Shown here piece by piece: positions 12,667 to 24,859 of a stretch of DNA of 64,000 bases. The stretch comes from Eledone cirrhosa. Taxonomy: Eukaryota. The notes under the pieces were generated by a model. The model was not told the origin of the DNA and did no database searches. It saw only the letters and a list, made by a program, of their open reading frames with translations. The translations under genes were made by a program, and so were the position numbers. Where the stretch lies: positions 14,694,001-14,758,000 of the forward strand of contig OZ024756.1 of NCBI GenBank assembly GCA_964016885.1, read 5' to 3'. Positions within the stretch are counted from its first letter, which is position 1. Every line of letters starts with the position of its first letter.

Positions 12667-13790
12667 ATAATAGTAATAAACGAAAGATATAACTTTATAT
12701 CATCACTATTTCATTATATACATATATTTCGGGGATGAAAAATTCTTCCCTGGCATAAGCTATTTTATATATAATAGATTTCATATTTTTCTACACATTC
12801 TCTCAACCATTTATTTTCCCAATCACATATTTATTCCACCTTCCGTCTTTCCTTATACTATATTTCAATTTTAATCTCTAAGAAAGCAGATGTTAAACAT
12901 TCTCCCTTCTCCAATATGCTTATTTGATATATCCGTTATAACCCTTACATAAAACCTCGGATTGTATCTAAATAAATTTAATTTAATATTAATAACAAGT
13001 TATATATCTACAATAATTATATAAAATACATATTGGTTTTCTATATTACCCATATAATTAAAAATGCTAATTTATTTATATAATTATTTATTCTTAACCT
13101 CGCTAATAAATTCTTTTCCCCTGAACTATGCAATTTTTAATTTAAATAGCAAGATAGTTAATGCCACCCATAAAACTAGATACACTTAATTTAGTATATT
13201 CATAAAACCCTATAATTATAATATGATATTAGAAAAAACTTACCTTATATAAATAATCATAGTTCTCCCCCTTGTTTGTTTATTTACTTATATTTAAATG
13301 CAATTTTCGTTCTAAATCCGAAGTATATCTTCCTATTTTGTCCCAGTATAATATAATATATATATATCTCTACATGCGTATGTATATGTGTGTGTGTATA
13401 TATATATACCTTCCATTGATAATAAGCTACATATATATTATATAACGATCTTTTTTTCTGATTAATCTAATTGAATCGTTTAAATTAATGAAGCGTTTAA
13501 ATTAACTGTTTTTATTTTTTATTTTTTATCTTTATTTTCCCCACTAATATTACATCTTAGAAAATTTTGAGATTTTTTTCAAATCATATACCTGCTTGCC
13601 ACTGATGTGTAAAGATCATTCTTGCTAGTATATCATGAAATAATTTATACATCTCATATGTATTTTGTCTGAAGAAGGCATGCTCTGCTTCATGTTAAAC
13701 GTAAATTTTTGCATCCCCGAAATATATATAATGAAATAAATTGTGATAATATAGTTATATCTTTCGTTTATTTCTATTATTATCATAATA
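12665..13790. mobile_element. AT-rich PLE-like remnant bounded by ~80-bp inverted repeats
   Basis: 12665-12746 (taataatagtaataaacgaaagatataact...tatttcggggatgaaaaatt) is the reverse complement of 13704-13785, and the right arm overlaps a hammerhead motif. Confidence 0.55.
13661..13738 (+). ncRNA. Type I hammerhead ribozyme motif, palindromic stem III
   Basis: tattttgt-CTGAAGA-aggcatgc...gcatcccc-GAAA-TATATA-TA-atgaaata. Stem I is 8 bp with two G-U pairs. Confidence 0.65.
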
Positions 13791-14112
13791 TTCCAGATAA
13801 GTATTACTTGTTGAGTGCTTCGTATCTATTATAATTATGTCATAAACTCATTGTTTATATATATATAGTAAATATAATAAATGTAAAGACTAAAATCCAA
13901 AGAGGGCTCGATAAGGATAAATATATATAAAATATATAAGAAAATATTTATTAAAATAAGTTTAAGCAAAAAATCTCTGCTTAACGGTTAAGGGTGAAAA
14001 CAGCGATTTTTTGCTTAAACTTTAATCTGTTATTTTAATATATATATATATGATATGTTGATTTAAAACTGCACTATCCACAAGTGTTTTTAACCTTCAT
14101 ATCATGTCGTCC

Positions 14113-14183
14113 TATTTTATCTGATGAAAACACAAATGTTATTGCATGATGATATTTGTTTTTGAAATGCGCATAATAAAATA
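14113..14183 (+). ncRNA. Type I hammerhead ribozyme motif (paralog of 5155-5225)
   Basis: tattttat-CTGATGA-aaacacaaatgttatt gcat gatgatatttgttttt-GAAA-TGCGCA-TA-ataaaata. Stem I is a perfect 8 bp and stem II is about 12 bp. The host element 14055-14218 matches 5095-5260. Confidence 0.82.
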
Positions 14184-14221
14184 CATGGAACTCATTTAAC
14201 CATCTTTTGATCTTATATATT

Positions 14222-14291
<70 letters not shown>

Positions 14292-14334
14292 ATGTATATA
14301 TACTATGTGTACTCAATATATACACTATATATGC

Positions 14335-14542
14335 TGTCCAAGGGAAAGTCAATGGTTAATACAGCTTGGCACCAATGGCGCCCTAACTAATTTCTACAGC
14401 TGAATGAACTGCTGCAACGTGAAATGAAGTGAAATGAAGTGTCTTGCTCAAGGACACAGCACATCACTCGGTCCGGGAAATTGAACTCACAACCTCATCA
14501 GTGTAAGCCCAAACGCTCAAACCACTAAGACACGCGCCTTTA
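14335..14542 (-). mobile_element. tRNA-derived SINE, family B
   Basis: Reverse complement contains ggcgcgtgtcttagtggttgagcg...tgtgagttcaatttccc...tgtgtccttgagcaagacacttcatttc. Confidence 0.75.
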
Positions 14543-14939
14543 CGGCATCATTAGACTAATACAGGAATTACTATTATACGTCTGGGGCACTTTGTAGGAA
14601 ATGTTTGAATTAGAGAGAGAGAGAGAGAGAGAGAGAATAGGAAAGAGAGAGAGAGTAAAAGCGATAGAGAATGTAGGCTGTAGACAGTGTGGGAGGTGGA
14701 GGAGAAGTGTGAAGGGGGCAAAATGTCAGGTTTGCAAGGTGTGACCTTTTAATAGTTTGGGACTGCCCCTTGCTACCACCATCAGCTTCTCCGACGTTTG
14801 ATCTTGTAGAGTGGATGTCGTGTGGTTGGGTGGGTGTGGTTGGGTGGGCGTGGGGGTGAGTGGGGGTGGCTGTTTTTGTGGGTGGCTCAGATGTGCTTTT
14901 GTGGCAGCGGGGTATCCCCCTCTGACGTATACCAACAAT

Positions 14940-15134
14940 ACATATACATATGTATACATACATGAATATATATAAATATATATATATGAATGTGTGTGTA
15001 TATATATATATGTATCTACATTCTTGAATATAATATATATATATAAATGTGTGTATATATATATATATATATATACGTACATTCATGAATATATTATATA
15101 TACATACATGAATATATATAAATATATATATGAA

Positions 15135-15167
<33 letters not shown>

Positions 15168-15169
15168 GA

Positions 15170-15268
<99 letters not shown>

Positions 15269-15333
15269 TGTGTGTATATATAATATATATATATATATGA
15301 ATGTGTATATATATAATATATATATATATATGA

Positions 15334-15369
<36 letters not shown>

Positions 15370-15405
15370 GTGTGTATATATAATATATATATATATATGA
15401 ATGTG

Positions 15406-15439
<34 letters not shown>

Positions 15440-15509
15440 GAATGTGTGTATATATAATATATATATATATATGAATGTGTATATATATAATATATATATA
15501 TATATATGA

Positions 15510-15546
<37 letters not shown>

Positions 15547-15685
15547 TGTGTGTATATATATATGAATGTGTATATATATATATGAATGTGTATATATATA
15601 TATATATATATATACATTCATGAATATACTATATATATATACATACACACATATATATGCATATATGTGTGTGTGTGTGTGTGAA
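14940..15685. repeat. (TA)n compound repeat with tgaatgtg interruptions
   Basis: Direct reading of the sequence. Confidence 0.9.
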
Positions 15686-15911
15686 CAGATGTGAGTGTGC
15701 AAATATAAACCAGCTGGAGCAATGTTCTAGGAATGTCCAGCATAGTTGATGACAATTCACACCAGATGTCTCGTTAAACCCCTTCACACGTGACTCCCAT
15801 ATCTGGCACTCTGATGCTGTTACCCCCCCCCCCCCACACACACACAAATATATACTACGATTATTTTGTTTTGTTTTTCTGTTTCTCCATTGTGATCTTT
15901 TCCCTATTTTG

Positions 15912-15948
15912 TACTCCTGAGGAAGGGCTTAAGCCCGACACGTCGAAC
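15912..15948 (+). ncRNA. Degenerate hammerhead motif
   Basis: CTGAGGA-agggc ttaa gccc-GACA-cg-TC-gaa, with GAAA mutated to GACA. A similarly degenerate relative lies on the minus strand at ~59764-59798 (CCGATGA-agggattccgtcc-GAAG-cg-cc-gaa). Confidence 0.4.
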
Positions 15949-16151
15949 TCTCCAATATAAAGTGTGAAACTAATAAGAATTTTTCTCCCTCTGGTTGTTG
16001 TTTTCTTGAACTATTTATATATAGAAATCCGTATATAGTTTTTTTAATTAAAATTATAAGATATATCGATGGGGGTCATATTATCGATTAAATTAAAGTG
16101 GTGCCCCAGAATGGTCGGAAATTGATGACAGAAACAAATAAAAGATACACG

Positions 16152-16258
<107 letters not shown>

Positions 16259-16339
16259 TTATCCCGGGTTCAATCGGGGGTAACCACAGTAAGTAAGGTA
16301 CTCAATACAAAGCAGAATATAAATATTTGATACACAAAT

Positions 16340-16390
16340 GGCTTCTACAGGACTAGAACTGTTTCATTCAGGAGAAATCATCAGGAAGCC
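16340..16390 (-). ncRNA. Type I hammerhead ribozyme motif, complete
   Basis: Minus strand reads ggcttc-CTGATGA-tttc tcct gaat-GAAA-cag ttctagtc ctg-TA-gaagcc. Stem I is a perfect 6 bp, stem III is 4 bp including A15.1-U16.1, and the triplet is GUA. Confidence 0.8.
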
Positions 16391-16704
16391 GACTGTCCAA
16401 GTAATATGGTGGTATAGATATCTTATCTGGTGGTGGGAGAGGGTGGTGATTGGGATGGGTGGAGGTCATTGGTTGATGGGTTTAAAGTAAAGGGAATTCT
16501 TTAAAAACTATATTTAGAGGAACAAAGGCATAACAATTTCTGTAGACAGGTGCACATTGGGGGAGGGGGGGGGGGCACTTAAGTAAACAATGGTTATTCA
16601 TTGGTAGCTGAAATGGTTAGGTGCCTACAATCACTCTCGCACACACACACACATCCCCTGACTCCCCCCCACACACACTCATATACATTATATATTTATA
16701 TATA

Positions 16705-16806
16705 TAGAAGTAGTTCTACAACAGTTAGTTCACCATACCGAGATTTGTTCTCGGTATGATGAACTAATCGTTGTGGAACTATTTCTACCAAACTCGTCCC
16801 ATGGAC
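16705..16806. repeat. Head-to-head palindrome of the PLE terminal repeat seen at 20565-20665 and 57128-57355
   Basis: tagttcaccataccgaga tttgt tctcggtatgatgaacta. Confidence 0.7.
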
Positions 16807-16809
16807 CAA

Positions 16810-18040
16810 AATGGAGCTTTTTGTGGAAGGGACGCGCTCCCATCGTCAGACGATCCATTTGCTGTCAATACCCGTTGCGTGGAGGACTAGGCATGGCGTG
16901 GCTGATGATGCTCAAACATGCGCTGAGGCTGCGACATCTCTGGTGCTTCCTTGACAGTGAACAGGTGTGGTCGCCGTTTGCCAGACGTGTTTTTCCCCAG
17001 CTCGTCTCCTTGACGGAGCTGCAGTCCTGGATCAGGAAATGACCGAGGGATAGCGCTTGGAAGCTGGAATGTCTCCAAGCGCTCAACGCCCTCTACCAGC
17101 TGGGCACTAGTATCGGTGGAACATCCACCTCGGCGTTCTATAGAGGGCTAGTGGCAGGAAAGTGCGACGAGGTTCTCGGGGAGACCCTGGGCGTCGAAGA
17201 CGATCAGCTGTTCGCTCTCTTCAAGAGAACTTTCAGACTGGGGCCTATGGACAACTTCCAGAAATCCCTGACTTGGCAGTGCTACTGGGAAGCGTTGCCG
17301 GTTCGGGATAAGCTCTACAGCCATGGAGGTGCTGTCAGCCGAGCCTGTCCGAGATGCGCGCAGGGCGACGAAACCGTCCAGCACGCACTCGTTCAGTGCC
17401 CGAGGATTGCTGACTTGTGGAGCTATGTCGAACAACTGCTGTCGCGTGTAGGATGGATCCGGTTATCGACCGAGTCCATTGTGCAGATAGCCCCGCCATC
17501 CTCCTTTAAATAGGAGGAAGGGCAGGCAGTTTTCATCTGCCTGGTGGCCATGGCGAAAGAGATTGTGTGGTGGACAAGGTTGAAAGGGTCGAAGACGGAC
17601 ACTTTCCTCTGATTAACTTTTTCAAGTTTCACTTGAAGAGGAAAATCAGGGTGGAGAGGCAAGTGCTGCCTTCTAGTAAGTTTGTTGAAAGGTGGGTGAA
17701 TGTGGCGAGTCTGGTCCGAGTGAACGGGCCCGCTCTGAGTATACGCCTGTAGACTGAGGAGTGGGAAAAGTGAGAGAGGGTGCTTGCCCTGGTGGTCAGG
17801 GTGCCCTGGTGGTCTTTTTTGTGTGGTTTTCACCATGAGTGACCCTCGAAGGTTTCCCTCTTTCTGGGGAACTTTTGTTGTTTGAATTTTTTGATTTCTA
17901 GCCCGATTTTGTTATAACCTGTTTACACGACCAAAACCCAGTTTATATCGTCCTGTACTATTCTGTGCCGTCTCTAATGTTTTTCTTCGTGTTAGCCCTT
18001 GTGGCCAATAAAGAAACCATTATTATTATCATTATTATTA
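16810..18040 (+). mobile_element. Tx1/L1-clade LINE 3' fragment with zf-RVT domain and 3' UTR
   Basis: SFLWKGRAPIVRRSICCQYPLRGGLGM...FQKSLTWQCYWEALPVRDKLY...CPRCAQGDETVQHALVQCP. It has internal stops and ends at aataaa plus (att)n. Confidence 0.85.
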
Positions 18041-18173
18041 GTAGTACTTGTTATGAGGCCGGAAACCACAGCTGGCATCCTTTAGTTCTTGCATTTACCA
18101 ATTCCTACATTTAACAGAGTTAAGGACTGGCTGAAACATTTAAAAAATATATTTTACATTTTACGTATTTTAT

Positions 18174-18254
<81 letters not shown>

Positions 18255-18281
18255 GTGTGTGGTGTGTGGTGTGTGGTGTGT

Positions 18282-18391
<110 letters not shown>

Positions 18392-18538
18392 CACACACAC
18401 ATTTTTGCCGGATAAATAGTGTGCGTGAGTACTTGCAAGTGTGCGTGTGTGTTTGCATGTGTGTGCCAATCACAATTTTTGTTAAAGCTATCACAGAGTA
18501 TGAAGTAGATGGAAAGAAAGAAAGAGACACGCATACAC

Positions 18539-18606
<68 letters not shown>

Positions 18607-19264
18607 ATATGTATAAATAGAAGTAAATAATATATTTCTTATTGTACTGTGTTAATTGCTTTTTTGCTTCCCTGCACTTTTCTCATATATATATATATTG
18701 GGTCAAGTATGAGATTTGTGGAAATTTGAAGAAAAAACTACAAATTTCATACTTGGGCAGCTGCAACAAGTCCCTCTTGCACAAGTGGGCAACCAATACA
18801 GGCTGGAGATAAAATGTGTAGCAACAAGGGCGGTGCCCCAGCATGGCCTCAGCCGGATGGCTGGAACCAGTAAAAGAGTAAAAGAGTATATATATTATGG
18901 TCGAAAATGCAATACCAGCTAAAAATATAGCAGTTGTTTTAGAATCTACTTTTTTTTTAAATTTTTTAATTTTAATTTTTTAATTTTTTAATTTTATAAT
19001 TTCTCATTTTCAGATTCCTGTAGAATTCTTTTTTCGCCTGCTTTCTAGCTAGCCCAATTCATCCAAACTCCTTAGAATTTGCTGTATAGAACTTACTTTC
19101 AATGCTTAACCGGATTCACTCACTCCCTCATTGTTCTACAGGCAAATTCAGCCACCACCACCGCCTACATAGATTTAACTGTGTTTACAAGAAATTTTGA
19201 CCAATCCTTTTCACAACTACAACCTTCAGAAATGCATGATTATCGCATGCCCATATATGGAATT

Positions 19265-19362
19265 ACCCCTTGAAAAGTTCGGCTATTTATTACCACGCTC
19301 GCTAAAAATTTAATTTAGTTCAGAAATAGCCGTCGAAACGGCTCGAGCTCTGCCGTCGGGGT
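19265..19362 (+). ncRNA. Degenerate type I hammerhead motif (core TTGAAAA)
   Basis: acccc-TTGAAAA-..cggctattt...aaatagccg..-GAAA-cggc tcgagctct gccg-TC-ggggt. All three stems are present but the CUGANGA box is mutated. The same family occurs at 4800-4880, 20820-20915 and 42058-42260. Confidence 0.55.
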
Positions 19363-19444
19363 CCTGAACTTTTTTCCTATTATCCACTCTACTACGCAAA
19401 GTATCGAGTACTCTGGTGCGTTATGGTCCACCTGGTTATAGTAA

Positions 19445-20670
19445 ATTAATGTCTAAGAAATCTTAAACATTAATTTAGACCTTCGCACACATACCTTCAG
19501 ACCCTTCCATAAACTAAACGTAAAACTTAATTACATACACAAGGACTCATGCCACCCTCCTACTGTTTTTAGAAACTTCGTAAATAATATCAGTACTAGA
19601 ATCTCTAACCTCTCCTCTAATAAGGCTATCTTTGACAGAGCGGCACCCTACTATAACACGGCGTTAGCTAACAGAGGCTTCTCACAACCAATTACTTACT
19701 CCCACAGTAACAACAACAGCAATGAGAAAAGAAATCGTAACAATAGACAAACTATCTGGTTCTCTCCTCCCTTCTCACTCAACGTTAAAACTAATGTAGG
19801 AAAAAAATGTTTGCTCTCTTAGATAAACACTTTCCCATAGGTCACAAATACCGCTCCATATTTAACAGACACAGAGTAAAACTAGGGAACTCCTGCGCTA
19901 AGAATATGAAGGCCCACATCACCAACAGTTCTAAGAGCGACACCTCACCAAGCTTGTCCCCTTTAACAGCAATGCAACACACCCGCTGTAGTTTATGAAG
20001 CTGTGGTCACTTCCAACCGACTAAATCAACCAACCACAGGAGGCCAAATCCTATGTGGGTATGGCGGAGGGCCGATTTAAGGAACGCTACCTGAACCATC
20101 AGTCAACCTTTAGGTACCCGGACAAAAGATCATCCACGAAACTCGCGAGCCACGTATGGTCCCTCAAGGACTCAAGTATAGACTACTCCATTCAATGAAA
20201 AGCCATCACTAAGTCCAAGCCATACGCTAGGGGCAATCCGTCTTGTGGACTATGTATTGATGAGCGGATAAATATTCTAAGGAGATTACGCAATAACGAT
20301 TGCCTAAATCAAGAAATGACATCTTCTCACATTGTCCACATGTCTGGAAACACCTCTTGAATAACTACAACATTCTAATTTTCTAATCAACTCGAACATC
20401 TTTTCTGGACTTTCGCAGTTATCTCCCTTACACCTTTCACCCGTGGCTTTGTATTGCTTGGGTGAAGTGACCGTTTCTGCGCATGCGCGTTCATACGGTT
20501 GTTCTTCCTGTTCCGTATAACCATGACCAGTACGAGCTGAAGATCCGCTCAGGTGAAACAATTGTTCTCGGTATGGTGAACGAAATGTTGCGTTACTACT
20601 TCTACCTAAGTCGTCCCATGGACTGAGTGCTCTACCACTACGGATATTACCTTCCAGTGTTCTACCTCTC
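19445..20670 (+). mobile_element. Penelope-like retroelement relic: RT thumb/linker, GIY-YIG endonuclease and 3' terminal repeat
   Basis: TFRPFHKLNVKLNYIHKDSCHPP...IWFSPPFSLNVKTNVGKK.FALLDKHFP...CP..QCNTPAVVYEAVV...KSYVGMAEGRFKERYLNHQSTF...LASHVWSLKD...CGLCIDER...CLN. It is frameshifted with stops and followed by a hammerhead-bearing repeat. Confidence 0.88.
20533..20570 (+). ncRNA. Minimal type I hammerhead in the PLE 3' terminal repeat
   Basis: cgag-CTGAAGA-tccgctcaggt-GAAA-CAATTG-TT-ctcg. The core is intact and stem III is palindromic. Confidence 0.8.
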
Positions 20671-21140
20671 TATATATATTATATACATATATAATATTAT
20701 ATATATATCTATATTATATATTTATATATATAATATATTATATATATACATACATATAATATATATAATCATACATATAATATATATATATACATACAAT
20801 ATATATACATACATATAATAGGAAAATGTTTAACCCCGACGGCACTCTACTACCCTAAGTATTGAGTACTCTGGTGTGTTATGGTCCATCTGGTTCCTTA
20901 CCACACTTCCTTCGTTATATATAATATATATATGTATATATATATATATAATACATAAAATATTATATATATATATATATCATTTTATATAAAAAAGAAA
21001 ACTTTTTTTCGCTCTACATAGCTGAATACAATAAATGTAATCTGAGGTTTTCGAATTTTAATTATAACATTCGGCTATAAAATTGAGGCTTGTTTGTATA
21101 ATTGAAAACGAATCGAATGTTATTATTAATATTCGAAAAT

Positions 21141-21335
21141 AGGGCGGTGAATTAGCAGTATCGGTAGAGGGTCGGACGCCATGCTTTGACGCATGGAGTT
21201 ACGGCCCTTGCCATTCTGAGTTCAAATCCCGCCGAGGTTAACTTTGCCTTTCATCCTGACGGGGTCAATAAAATAAAGTACCAGTAATGTACTGGTTAAT
21301 TGCTGGCCTTGTGCCAATAGTAGAAACAATTATTA
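21141..21335 (+). mobile_element. SINE family A
   Basis: Full head-to-tail match to the other family A copies. Confidence 0.85.
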
Positions 21336-21384
21336 ATATTCGAAAAACTCAGATTACATTTATACAATTTTTTATGTTTCTGAA

Positions 21385-21830
21385 TTAAATGGCACTTTAG
21401 TCCAACTGCTGATTTCCACATCAAGCCACATTTAGTGCAGATGGCAGGATATTGAGCAGATCAAGATGGAATATTTGATCAGAACTTAGTGTTAGATCTT
21501 AGATCTACATAGATGTCACGAGATTTTTCATAGTTCTTTATATATTCATAGCAGACAGTTCTCCATTTTCCAGGGCCAGCAGCTAGGACTTCAACAGAAG
21601 TGAGAGGTATGTTCACAGATTTAAGATTTTACCTCAGTTTATCATTAAATAGGAGTAATAGTCTGCCTTTATTATGAAATTGATTATATAACAGTGCCTT
21701 TGGTATGAAGTTCTCAGTCATCCGGAGGACATGACCAGCCAATCTGAGTTGCGATTGCATCAGAAATGACTTAATTCTACAGATGTTGCACATGGCTTGG
21801 GAGATTCTGCCAAAAATTGCATACCCACAC
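21385..21830 (-). mobile_element. RTE-BovB-like LINE 3' end
   Basis: IKSFLMQSQLRLAGHVLRMTENFIPKALLY...KWRTVC...CTKCGLMWKSAVGLKCH (C-terminal zinc finger). Confidence 0.8.
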
Positions 21831-21834
21831 ACAG

Positions 21835-22135
21835 ATTGAAGAGAAGTAGAAAATGTTGGGCAAGGAGCCGTGATACGGACACCCTTATTTTCCCATCATT
21901 GTTGATGGTAAAGATCTGAATTATGTGAACACGTTTACTTACCTTGGCAGCAAGGGGAACCGTTCTGCATTTCTGGATGATGAAATCGCCTATCATATCT
22001 CTAAAGCATCTGATGCCTTTAGCAAAATCCATCATGACCTAACAGAGGTGTAGCCATCAGCAGGAAAGTGTCAGTTTATCGTGCAGGGGTATTGACAGCA
22101 CTTTTATACGGCTCGGAGTCATGGACATTTTACCT
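21835..22135 (+). mobile_element. Inverted upstream segment of the same RTE element
   Basis: DGKDLNYVNTFTYLGS...DDEIAYHISKASDAFSKI...KVSVYRAGVLTALLYGSESWTFY. Confidence 0.78.
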
Positions 22136-22219
22136 CATCTACATTTATAAACATCATATATATATACATGCAAATGTGTATATATATTTTGCATTCGTAT
22201 TTGAAATGATATTACTTTA

Positions 22220-22402
22220 TGGATTGGCAGTATCGGTGGAGGGTCGGACGCCATGCTTTCCAGCATAGTTACGTCCCTTTACGATCTGAGTTCAAATCCC
22301 GCCGAGGTTGACTTTGCCTTTCATCCTTACGGGGTCGATAAAATAAAGTACCAGTAATGCACTGGGTATTTGCTGGCCTTGTGCCCAAAGTAGAAACAAT
22401 TA
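22220..22402 (+). mobile_element. SINE family A
   Basis: Match to the family consensus. Confidence 0.85.
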
Positions 22403-22500
22403 CTTTATACTACATACATATATATATATATATGTAGTTATCGATAGATGTATATATACACAGGAATATATATGTTAATATATACATATATATATATGTT

Positions 22501-22541
<41 letters not shown>

Positions 22542-22604
22542 TTATTATTATTTCTGGCAATATTATAACAATATGACCCTGCTCAAATACAACAATATAT
22601 ATAT

Positions 22605-22685
<81 letters not shown>

Positions 22686-22964
22686 AATATATATATATAA
22701 ATATAAATATATATAAATATATATATATATACACACGTATGCATACATACATAAACATACACAGAGATATACACACTTACATATATACATATACACATGT
22801 ATGTATGTATATATGTATACACAGAGGCACACTAAATACCATTAACAAAATACGTGAAATAAAAAATAAAATATTGTAAAGATATTTGTTTTCTTTGCTT
22901 AACAGTGACTTGAGTGCAGAATTGCTGGTCTTTCCCAGCCTCACTACCTATTAACAATGGTAAT

Positions 22965-22998
<34 letters not shown>

Positions 22999-24859
22999 TA
23001 TGTGCGTATATAATTATATATATATATATATATGTGTGTGTATGTGTGTGGGTGGGTGTATGTGTGTGTGCGTGTGTGTGCGTGTGTGTGCGTGTGTGTG
23101 CGTGTGTGCATGTGTGTGTGTGTGTGTGTGTGTGCATGTGTGTGCATGTGTGTGTGTGTGTGTGCATGTGTGTGCATGTGTGTGTGTGTATCTATGTGCG
23201 TATATAATTATATATATGTGTGTGTGTGTGTGTGTGTGCATGTGTGTGCATGTGTGTGTGTATGTATATATGTGTGTGTGTGGCTGTGTGTGGGTAGTGT
23301 GTGTGTGTATAAATATATATATGTAGCACAAACATATAAACATATACGCATAAATATTTAAAATACATATGTATATATATATATATATATATATACACAT
23401 GTCTGTGTATAAACATATACATATGCTTGAATAACTGTGTTTGTATATTTATGTATATATTTATATATATATATACACATACATACATCTACACATACAC
23501 CTACATATACACATGGTGGCTGCCAACTCGTTTTCGAGTACGGCCACTACTTTATATCCATGTAGGAGAACCTCTACCGATGCGCTGAACGAGTGTGACT
23601 TTTTAGTCCAGCCAACGACTTGAAAACTCTGGTACAAACACTACACTTGTCACAATTATTGACACATAGTGCTGGGCCCATGGTACCATGTGACGACAAG
23701 TGCAGAGAGATCTCCAGATATAAAGCAATGCCTGTGCCGTGAAGCTTTTATAGTGAGCAAAGGCACTGCACAAAGCCAGTCCCACTCTCTTAACCAAGAT
23801 GATATTTACCAAAAAGAAGAACAAGTCAACATCATTGGATACCATCAGGGTTGCAGGTGTTATATCAGAGTTTTCCTTCTGCCTTGACAAAGGCTAAGGG
23901 GTCATCTCTCCCGGTGATTTTGGATGGCCATTGACTCTTAAGAGCTCCTTTGCCCTTTGACAGGTTTTGTTTTTAGTCCTGCAGGATGTCCAAAGTCACC
24001 CTCCTGACCAAGAAACCTTGGTGGGGTTGCCAGTTTAGTCGCCAACGACCCGACAATGAGACAGGTTGTACTGGGATACATGTTACCAGTAGCATATATA
24101 CATATACACATACATACACATATACATACATATATATATATATATATACACACACATATATACATATACACATACATACACATATACATACATATATATA
24201 TATATATATATACACACACATATATACATATATATAAACACAAACACATATATACACACACACACATATATACATATATATACACACACACATACATATA
24301 TACATATATATACACACACATACATATATACATATATATACACACACATACATATATACATATATATACACACACATACATATATACATATATATACACA
24401 CACACACATATACATATATATATACACACACACATATACATATATATACACACACACACATATACATATATATATATACACACACACATATATACATATA
24501 TATACACACACACACATATATATATATACATGTATATATGTGTGTGTATGTATGTATATAAATTTATATTTATATGTATGCCTGTATGTTAACATATGAG
24601 TAATTTCTCAATTCTTAGAAAAACAACTAAGTTTTTATTACTTTTAAATTCTCAGTTATTTTCTTCCCCCCCCCCCATGATCACCACCACCGCCATCATA
24701 TATCTTATTGACTTCCCCGTAACCCCCCCCCTCTCTGATCACCACCACCGCCATCAGATATCTTATTGACTTCCCCGTTCCCCCCTCCCTGATCGTCGCC
24801 ACCACCACCATATAAGGAACACAAGCGCCAGCCAAGCTTTCAAGGCTCAATATGGACCC

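Noticed and set aside
12750-13345. GIY-YIG-like peptide (KIGRYTSDLERKL) on the minus strand
   Set aside because: Too short and degenerate in very AT-rich sequence to call a coding remnant.
23500-24090. Possible RTE 5' UTR/endonuclease remnant on the minus strand
   Set aside because: Only vague similarity; no motif could be read with confidence.
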